From positions 1,800,001 through 1,832,000 of the forward strand of contig LT962688.1 in the NCBI GenBank assembly GCA_900234795.1: a stretch of DNA of 32,000 nt. The letters are read 5' to 3'. Under the pieces are notes generated by a model. It was given only the letters and a program-made list of their open reading frames with translations, was not told the origin of the DNA and ran no database searches. Shown one piece after another: positions 26,235-32,000 of the stretch. The DNA comes from Methylorubrum extorquens. Its GTDB lineage: Bacteria > Pseudomonadota > Alphaproteobacteria > Rhizobiales > Beijerinckiaceae. Position 1 is the stretch's first letter. Every line of letters begins with the position of its first letter. A program made the position numbers and the translations under genes.

Positions 26235-26401
26235 GTGCGGAACACGCGCCTTCGGGTCCGGCGCGGTTTCCGGTGGGCGTGGTCGAGGCTGAATGCGGGC
26301 CGAGCAGAGCGCCGTTCCGAGACGGCCAAGCGAGGCTGGGGTCGAAACGAAAGAGGGCCGGCATCACGCCGACCCCCCAATCTTATCTCGCTGCGGATCG
26401 G

Positions 26402-26701
26402 TCAGCGCCCGCCGGCCGCGCCGCCGGCACCGCTGGTGCCTGCACCGGTGCCGGTGCCCATGCTGCCGCCGGACGTACCGCCAGCAGCACCCGGTGCCGC
26501 CGGGGCCATGCCGGTCCCGGTCGTGCTGCCGGTCGCTGAACCCGCTGCGCGCTCCATGCTCTTCTCGGAATTGCTCTTCACGCTGGCCGGGTTGTTCATG
26601 TTGCCCTCGGCGCTTCCGCCGCCGGCAGGCGTTTGAGCCAGAGCGGCCCCCGAAAGGGCCAGTGTCAGCGCGGCGGCAAGGGCGATTGTCTTGGTCTGCA
26701 T
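26402..26701 (-). CDS. secreted Gly/Ala/Thr/Ser-rich small protein
   Basis: Clear signal peptide MQTKTIALAAALTLALSGAALAQ, followed by a low-complexity Gly-rich tail. An alternative ATG is at 26713. Confidence 0.6.
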   Translation of the reverse strand: MQTKTIALAAALTLALSGAALAQTPAGGGSAEGNMNNPASVKSNSEKSMERAAGSATGSTTGTGMAPAAPGAAGGTSGGSMGTGTGAGTSGAGGAAGGR

Positions 26702-26853
26702 GGTCGTTTCCATCCCTGTTTGTCGTTGAGCAGGATCAACGCCGGGGTTGCCCGGTTCGTTCAGGCCCCCGAAACGCCCCGGCGCGAATGCGACAGGGAC
26801 GCATATGGATGGATCACGCTGCGCATCTGCGTGAGGACGCAGATCCCTCACAA

Positions 26854-27063
26854 TCAGCGGAGGGTGGGAGACTCGTCGGGCTTGAGTGCCCGCTCTTCAC
26901 CCTCGGAACCACCGGTCGAGACGTGAGAGTTCAGCCGATCCAGGTGTTCAAAGACGTGCTCGAAAGCCCGTGTCACAGCCTTTTCGAAGGACCCGTCCTG
27001 CGTGCCCTGAGCCGCTTTGACAGCGCTGAGGAGTTCGTGATGCTGTTGCGTGTCGCTCGACAT
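26854..27063 (-). CDS. hypothetical small protein (69 aa)
   Basis: ATG 27063 is preceded by GAGGAA. The protein has a helical, acidic composition. Confidence 0.5.
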   Translation of the reverse strand: MSSDTQQHHELLSAVKAAQGTQDGSFEKAVTRAFEHVFEHLDRLNSHVSTGGSEGEERALKPDESPTLR

Positions 27064-27151
27064 GGCATTCCTCGCTTGCGGGTAAGATGCGATACCGAGC
27101 CAAACCTCAGCGGCAGGCTCGGTTCCGAGGCTCCTCGATCGCCTCTGCGCC

Positions 27152-27607
27152 TCAGCCGGCCGGCGGAACGAGAATGTACTTGCCGACGAAGGGGTCGCTC
27201 TGGCTGTTCACACCCGTGCACCCGTAGGGATGCTCGCCCGCCGCCATCGTCCTGAACTTGAGCGTGGCTTTGCCGTTCAGCTTGATGGTGTAGCCCTTCT
27301 CGCTGGCGGAGTGGCCCTGGTCACCATCCACGTGCTGCACGAGGCCGTTCTCGAACTGACCGTCCATGGTCAGGGTCACGGGCTGGTCGGCCTTGTTGAT
27401 CACCCGTAGCTCGGCATTCGTATTCGCCGGCAAACGAAGCTCGGCGGGCGAGCAGACGATCTTGCTGTCCTTTTTCTCGATCGTCAGCTCCATGACGGGC
27501 TGTCCGTCGGAGGCTGGCGGGGGCAGCGGCTTCCCTTCCGCATGGGCGAGGTTGGCGGACAGCATGAGGCACAGGGTGCCCAGCGTGCTTACGGCGTATC
27601 GTGTCAC
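27152..27607 (-). CDS. secreted cupredoxin-like / beta-sandwich protein
   Basis: GTG 27607 is preceded by GGGAG. A signal peptide, TRYAVSTLGTLCLMLSANLAHA, leads into beta-rich sequence (ELRLPANTNAELRVINKADQPVTLTM...HPYGCTG). Assigning it to cupredoxin-like folds is tentative. Confidence 0.55.
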   Translation of the reverse strand: MTRYAVSTLGTLCLMLSANLAHAEGKPLPPPASDGQPVMELTIEKKDSKIVCSPAELRLPANTNAELRVINKADQPVTLTMDGQFENGLVQHVDGDQGHSASEKGYTIKLNGKATLKFRTMAAGEHPYGCTGVNSQSDPFVGKYILVPPAG

Positions 27608-27905
27608 ATCGATCTCCCTGGGAGTTGAAGGGGCAAGGCAAACGCCGGCCGCCTGTTCCTGGACGTGACGCCGCAGGCCGACCCGCGGCGGGGCAGGCTC
27701 AGGGGGGAAACGACGGGCAGGGCACGAAGTCAGGCGGGCACTCAGTCCCAAGCACCCCAGCGAGAAGACGGCGCGAGCAAGGGCGTCACCGGTGAGGTCG
27801 TGAGACGGGCAACGTCTGACGGACCCCGACACCGTGGGAATGCAGAAGGACAGCAGGATCTCGTTCCGACCCCCGCCACTGAGTGCGCCGGAGCCTCGGG
27901 TAGCC

Positions 27906-28145
27906 TCAGCCGTGCAAATCGGCTTCAGCCTGAAGGTGCACTTCGGCCTTGCGGACGACACTGCAAGGATCGTGACCTTTCACCTCCGCCAACAGCAGGA
28001 GGTCGGTGACGAGGTCGATGATATCGCTCTCTCCGATATCGTCCGATCTGGCCGGATAGCACCAGCGTCGGATACCGGAGTGTTCGTGAAGGTAAGCGTC
28101 GAGGGCCTTTTGGGCGAGATCGGCGCGCTTTGCTTTGTCCGGCAT
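27906..28145 (-). CDS. hypothetical small protein (79 aa)
   Basis: ATG 28145 is preceded by GGGAGG. I recognise no family. Confidence 0.45.
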   Translation of the reverse strand: MPDKAKRADLAQKALDAYLHEHSGIRRWCYPARSDDIGESDIIDLVTDLLLLAEVKGHDPCSVVRKAEVHLQAEADLHG

Positions 28146-28471
28146 GAGGATCTTGCCTCCCACCGCATGACGCCGCGCCAGACATCATCTGATTCGGCTG
28201 GTATTCCGTAAACGATAGGCTGCGGCACCTGTTCAACAGGCCGATGGAGAATTTTGCCCGGACAGCTTCGAGGGTGGATTAGATGAGGATGTTATTCTCT
28301 ACCCCTTCCGGGGTACCCCGGCGGATTCAGGTCTATACAGGTGGCCAGGGTCCCGGTTGTCTTTAGCGCCAGTGTCGAACAACAGGTGCCGCGGCGGGTT
28401 GCACCGTTTCGGCCATCGCGCGATGGCACATGATCCGCAAAGTTGTCAGATCACTCCCTTGCCTTCCAAGA

Positions 28472-28717
28472 TTATCCAGCGCTGGTGAGCCGGAGTCCGG
28501 AATAGGTCAGCGTTCCCGTGTAGACGATGGCCCCGCTCTCATCGCGGACAAAAACGCTGAAGGAGCGGTGATCGCCGTCTTTCGGGATCTCCCAGCGCGC
28601 CACCTCAGGCAAGAAGATCATCGCCTCCTTGCGTGCCGCCTCAAAATCCGCCTGCTCGGACCCCTCATCGTCACGATGAAACTCACCGTCGTGCGTGTCG
28701 AAGAAGTAGCGCGGCAC
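28472..28717 (-). CDS. DUF6894-like small protein
   Basis: PRYFFDTHDGEFHRDDEGSEQADFEAARKEAMIFLPEVA... matches the YFFD..DG...D.EG.E..D pattern I recall for DUF6894. I chose the GTG start at 28717; the ORF-track start is 28753. Confidence 0.55.
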   Translation of the reverse strand: MPRYFFDTHDGEFHRDDEGSEQADFEAARKEAMIFLPEVARWEIPKDGDHRSFSVFVRDESGAIVYTGTLTYSGLRLTSAG

Positions 28718-28851
28718 TCCCGCCTCCGAATTGGCTCTGACTGCCTCAGCCAACCGCGATGGCCGGTGCCGGGTTTCTGCCTGATCTCACACTGAAGGTG
28801 CTGCCGAGCTTGGTGCGTGGCCGAGTCCGTTTACCGCCCTCGGCGGACCCC

Positions 28852-29214
28852 TCAGCCGACCGGCGCACGTAGGCTCATCCACTTGAGACCGAGGAACGTC
28901 AGAATCGCTGTGGCGGTGACGAACGGCATGGCCACGATCACCGCCGCCAGCGCGTCATTGCCGATCAGCGCAGCCAATGCGTCCCGCAGGGCGAGCAGAG
29001 ACAGAACCAGCGAGGCGAGGACCAGCAGGAGCGCCCCGCCGAACAGGAGCACGAGCAAGGCAAGCATACGGAGATTGCCGCGGACTTCCGTTCGCGCCAG
29101 CCGGAGCAGCTTGCCGAGGTGAGCGCTGGCCTCGCGGATCGCGACGAGGATCAGGACGGCGGTGGTGCGAGGATCGTCGCCCGGCTGACCTTTTTGAATG
29201 GTCTGTTCGTTCAA
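28852..29214 (-). CDS. small two-TM membrane protein (phage-holin-family/DUF1469-like)
   Basis: TTG 29214 is preceded by GAGGAAA. Two long hydrophobic helices (LALLVLLFGGALLLVLASLVLSLLAL and AAVIVAMPFVTATAILTFLGL) follow a charged amphipathic segment. Confidence 0.55.
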   Translation of the reverse strand: MNEQTIQKGQPGDDPRTTAVLILVAIREASAHLGKLLRLARTEVRGNLRMLALLVLLFGGALLLVLASLVLSLLALRDALAALIGNDALAAVIVAMPFVTATAILTFLGLKWMSLRAPVG

Positions 29215-29579
29215 TGGTGTTTCCTCACCGCTCTCCGAGCCTCTCGTCCCTGGCAGGCATGAGAGTCCGCGCCGCCATCAAAGCGGCCCGCGACCTACAG
29301 CTAGCGCGAAGCTTCTGCATGGCGACATCCGGATCGACAGCGCTCGCAACGTGAAGGTTCGCCACCGAGGCATCCCGTGACAGCCCGCCAGCATCAAGCC
29401 GAGCGAATCATCCGCTCGGCTGCCGTTTGCGGTTCGGAGCGAAGCAGCCGGTATCGTCGCAGGGCCATCGATCGGCCGCGAGCGCCGCACTTGCCAGACG
29501 AGCCAAGTCGCCGCACTCTCAGCTTAGCCTTACGATGGTCGGATTGATGCCGATGCATGTCCCCATCGGATTGCAGGAT

Positions 29580-30308
29580 ATGGAAAGCCCTGAAAGCATG
29601 ACGATGGATGGTGGGCACGCCGACGCCGGCGGTTCGGACGAGACCGGTCTGCTCGGATGCCGGTCACGGCGTCTTGGCCGCCGCTCGTTTCTGGCGGGCT
29701 CGGCGGCCACCCTCGGCGCATTCGGACTCGGTGGTTGCGTGACCTCCGACGGTACGATGCTCGCCGACGCGGCAAAGGTCTACGGGCCTATGCCGGACGA
29801 GAAGTTCCCGATCCCGGCGGTCGATATCAGCAAGGTCAATCCGAAATACTACCGCCGGACGGTTCGGTATGAGACCAAGGAGGCGGCCGGAACGATCATC
29901 GTCGATCCGCGCAACTACTACGTCTACCGCGTCGAGGGCGACGGTTCCGCCACCCGCTACGGCGCCAATGTCGGACGCGACGGGTTCTTGTGGAGCGGTG
30001 ACGCGTATGTCGGCCGCAAGTCCGAATGGGCGACTTGGACGCCGCCCAAGGAGATGATCCGGCGTCAGCCCGAGGCCGCTCAATATGCGCGCGGGATGCC
30101 GGGCGGCCTCGACAACCCGCTCGGTGCCCGCACCCTGCACCTCTACCAGGGCGGCGCCTACACGCTCTACACGATCTACGCCAGCAGCGACCCCGAATCG
30201 ATCGGGAGTGGCATCACGAGCGGCTGCGTCGGCTTGCTCAGTCAGGATATGATCCACCTCTACGCGCGAACCCCGGTCAAGACGAAGGTGGTGGTCCTGC
30301 CGGCATAG
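29580..30308 (+). CDS. L,D-transpeptidase (YkuD)-like lipoprotein with Tat-type signal
   Basis: It has twin-arginine and lipobox elements (RRLGRRSFLAGSAATLGAFGLGGC). The YkuD-like core is IIVDPRNYYVYRV...YGANVGRDGF.W.G...PPKEMI...GGLDNPLGARTLHLY...SIGSGITSGCVGLLSQD. Start is uncertain: ATG 29580, 29598 or 29604. Confidence 0.8.
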   Translation: MESPESMTMDGGHADAGGSDETGLLGCRSRRLGRRSFLAGSAATLGAFGLGGCVTSDGTMLADAAKVYGPMPDEKFPIPAVDISKVNPKYYRRTVRYETKEAAGTIIVDPRNYYVYRVEGDGSATRYGANVGRDGFLWSGDAYVGRKSEWATWTPPKEMIRRQPEAAQYARGMPGGLDNPLGARTLHLYQGGAYTLYTIYASSDPESIGSGITSGCVGLLSQDMIHLYARTPVKTKVVVLPA

Positions 30309-30319
30309 CGGCCTGCCTC

Positions 30320-30348
30320 GGCCCTGATTCCAGGGCCCTGTGGTTTTG
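30320..30348 (+). terminator. intrinsic terminator after the L,D-transpeptidase gene
   Basis: GGCCCTG-ATTC-CAGGGCC forms a 7-bp stem, followed by CTGTGGTTTTG. Confidence 0.5.
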
Positions 30349-30454
30349 ACGCGATCGCAACCGAGGGGCGGCTGCCGGATCGCGCCACGCGGCGCCGGCT
30401 ATGTCGCGGCGCTGTGAGTCGCGCGCGGCGGACCGGCTCGGCTATCATCCGGCG

Positions 30455-31108
30455 ATGTGCAATCTCTACGCCCTTACCAAGAGCCAGGACGAGATCCGGC
30501 GCCTGTTCAAGGTGGAAACCGATCGGACCGGTAACCTGCCGCCCCTGCCTGGGATCTTTCCCAACAATGCCGCGCCGATTGTTCACGTCGCGGAGGGGCA
30601 ACGCACCCTCTCGATGTATCGCTGGGGCATGCCCTCGCCGGCCTTCGCCCTGAAGGGCAAGAAGACCGATCCGGGCGTCACGAATGTGCGCAACACCGCC
30701 TCGCCGCACTGCCGGCGCTGGCTCGGGCCGGAGCATCGCTGCCTCGTGCCGCTGACGAGCTTCTCCGAGAACGAGGCCTTGCCCGACGGCTCCCACCCAC
30801 CCGTGTGGTTCGCGCTCGCCGAAGAACGTCCGCTCGCCTGTTTCGCCGGCATCAAGACCGAGGGCTGGACCTCGGTGCGCAAGGTGAAGGACGGCGAGAC
30901 GACGGACGACCTCTACGCCTTCCTGACCACGGAGCCGAATGTCGAGGTCGCCGCGGTCCACCCGAAGGCGATGCCGGTGATCCTGACGACGGATGAGGAG
31001 CGGGATCTCTGGCTGCGCGCGCCGTGGGCCGAAGCGTCGGTGCTGCAGCGCCCTCTCCCGGATCGGGCGCTGATCGTTGTGGCGCGCGGTGAGCGATCCG
31101 ACGCATGA
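30455..31108 (+). CDS. SOS response-associated peptidase (SRAP/YedK, DUF159)
   Basis: The N-terminus MCNLYAL carries the catalytic Cys2 and is diagnostic for this family. This is why I chose ATG 30455 over the ORF-track start at 30401. Confidence 0.9.
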   Translation: MCNLYALTKSQDEIRRLFKVETDRTGNLPPLPGIFPNNAAPIVHVAEGQRTLSMYRWGMPSPAFALKGKKTDPGVTNVRNTASPHCRRWLGPEHRCLVPLTSFSENEALPDGSHPPVWFALAEERPLACFAGIKTEGWTSVRKVKDGETTDDLYAFLTTEPNVEVAAVHPKAMPVILTTDEERDLWLRAPWAEASVLQRPLPDRALIVVARGERSDA

Positions 31109-31237
31109 GACGGACCGAAGGCCCGCGGCGCGAGAGCGCATGATCGCAGGCACTCACGTCACCCGACCGCCCCCGAAGGAGCCGGCGCCAGACTGTGCGT
31201 CGAAATCGAGCAGAGACTCGATGGGGCTGGGCTCCGA

Positions 31238-32000
31238 TTGATTGGAATAGAGTTGGCCTACTTGTCGATCGCCCTGGAACTTGTCGCACTTCTGCTGATC
31301 GTCGCGACGTTGCTACCCCTGATTCCGACGAACCTTGGCGTCATCCGCAGCCTGGATTTTCCCCGGCTGCAGATCGCGGTCGCGCTCGCTGCGAACTGTG
31401 TCGGGCTTCTCGCGATCTCCCGGGACGGCACGGCGCTGGCTCTGGCGGTCGCCATGGTCGCGGCTCTTGCCCTGCAAGCCAGCTATATCCTGCCGTTCAC
31501 GCGATTGACGGCGCCTCAGGCAAAGGGAGCAGGCTCGTGTCGTCCGGACGACCGCATCAGCCTCCTCGTCCTCAACGTGCTCCAGTCGAACCGTCATTAC
31601 GGTGCGGCGCTCGATCTCATCGCCGCCAAGGCGCCCGATCTGGTGTTGCTGCTCGAAACCGATGCGGGATGGCACGCCGCGATGGCTCCGCTGCGGGCGC
31701 ATTATCCGCATCGCGTCGAACATCCGCAGGACAACACCTATGGCCTGCTGTTCTACTCCCGCCTTCCCCTGCGCGATCCGACGATCCGCTTTCTGCTGCA
31801 GGAGGACGTTCCGTCGTTACGCACCACGGTGGTCCTGCCCAGCGGCGAACCGGTCACCTTCTACGGGCTTCATCCACGGCCACCCCATCCGGGCCATAGC
31901 AGCGCACCGCGCGATGCCGAGCTTGTCGTGGTCGCCCGAGAGGTCGCGCAAACGAAGGATTCGACCATCGTCGCCGGTGACCTCAACGACGTGGCCTGGT
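31238..32000 (+). CDS. membrane-anchored endonuclease/exonuclease/phosphatase (EEP) family protein, 3'-truncated by the window end
   Basis: This frame is open to the window end and is not in the ORF track. Its N-terminal TM helices (LAYLSIALELVALLLIVATLLPLI) are followed by LLVLNVLQSN...PDLVLLLETD...TFYGLHPRPP...IVAGDLNDVAW, the typical EEP motifs. The start is uncertain: TTG 31238 or 31253. Confidence 0.75.
   Translation, partial: MIGIELAYLSIALELVALLLIVATLLPLIPTNLGVIRSLDFPRLQIAVALAANCVGLLAISRDGTALALAVAMVAALALQASYILPFTRLTAPQAKGAGSCRPDDRISLLVLNVLQSNRHYGAALDLIAAKAPDLVLLLETDAGWHAAMAPLRAHYPHRVEHPQDNTYGLLFYSRLPLRDPTIRFLLQEDVPSLRTTVVLPSGEPVTFYGLHPRPPHPGHSSAPRDAELVVVAREVAQTKDSTIVAGDLNDVAW

Noticed and set aside
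3425-27961. N-terminal extensions implied by the longest ORFs: corA to 4567, the crotonase gene to 7110, sdhD to 20187, the sdhA-sdhB ORF to 17771, the cupredoxin-like gene to 27961, and the OMP from 12805.
   Set aside because: The extensions overlap neighbouring genes or are Arg-rich low-complexity sequence. Internal starts give canonical N-termini or signal peptides with Shine-Dalgarno sequences.
31195-31899. The ORF-track entry 31195..31899 (+, 234 aa).
   Set aside because: It is Arg/Ser/Gly/Pro-rich with no motifs. The overlapping frame that is open to the window end encodes clear TM helices and EEP-family motifs, so that frame is the real gene.
1-32000. CRISPR arrays, rRNA genes, tRNA genes, transposases, integrases or prophage structural genes.
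   Set aside because: I saw no regularly spaced direct repeats, no rRNA-like or tRNA cloverleaf-compatible segments, and no ORF with recombinase, transposase or capsid-like motifs on either strand.

Overview
The window is high-GC DNA (about 70% by eye) that looks alphaproteobacterial, probably Rhizobiales or Methylobacterium-like. That guess is an inference from composition, REP-type palindromes and gene content. Most of it is ordinary chromosomal backbone:
- a methyl-accepting chemotaxis protein, a DUF892 ferritin-like stress protein and corA;
- a 3-gene enoyl-CoA hydratase/SDR/SDR operon with 4-bp overlaps, and a DUF606/DMT membrane protein;
- kpsF, divergent from a beta-barrel outer-membrane protein;
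- an Omp19/Inh-like lipoprotein gene that appears frameshifted;
- sdhC-sdhD-sdhA-(extra ORF)-sdhB;
- a DASS-type permease with a divergent LysR regulator;
- divergent mntH and mntR with a palindromic MntR-type operator;
- a 4-kb run of very small ORFs, an L,D-transpeptidase-like lipoprotein, an SRAP (YedK-like) peptidase, and a 3'-truncated endonuclease/exonuclease/phosphatase gene.

The stand-out is a roughly 3.3-kb islet (about 7805-11100) at only about 40% GC. It carries just two same-strand genes and no recombinase. Read together, the two ORFs make one Hel308/Ski2-like SF2 helicase. ORF1 holds RecA1, RecA2 and the start of the winged helix. ORF2 holds the rest of the winged helix, a ratchet-like helical domain, an HhH-like segment and an extra C-terminal PD-(D/E)xK nuclease module.

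The junction has three notable features: an ATGA stop/start overlap, a GGAGG Shine-Dalgarno, and a dnaX/IS911-type A AAA AAG slippery heptamer. The heptamer is in phase for a -1 frameshift that would fuse both ORFs into a protein of about 968 aa.

I read this as a candidate helicase-nuclease anti-phage or anti-plasmid defence system. Its logic resembles Hachiman, but the architecture and gene order differ. Family assignments rest on motifs read by eye and on recalled family consensus, so they need HMM or structure confirmation.

Other observations: a 101-nt structured repeat in two copies at convergent gene ends, REP-like palindromes in a roughly 0.9-kb non-coding block next to the islet, and several intrinsic-terminator hairpins. 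I found no rRNA genes, tRNA genes or CRISPR arrays.
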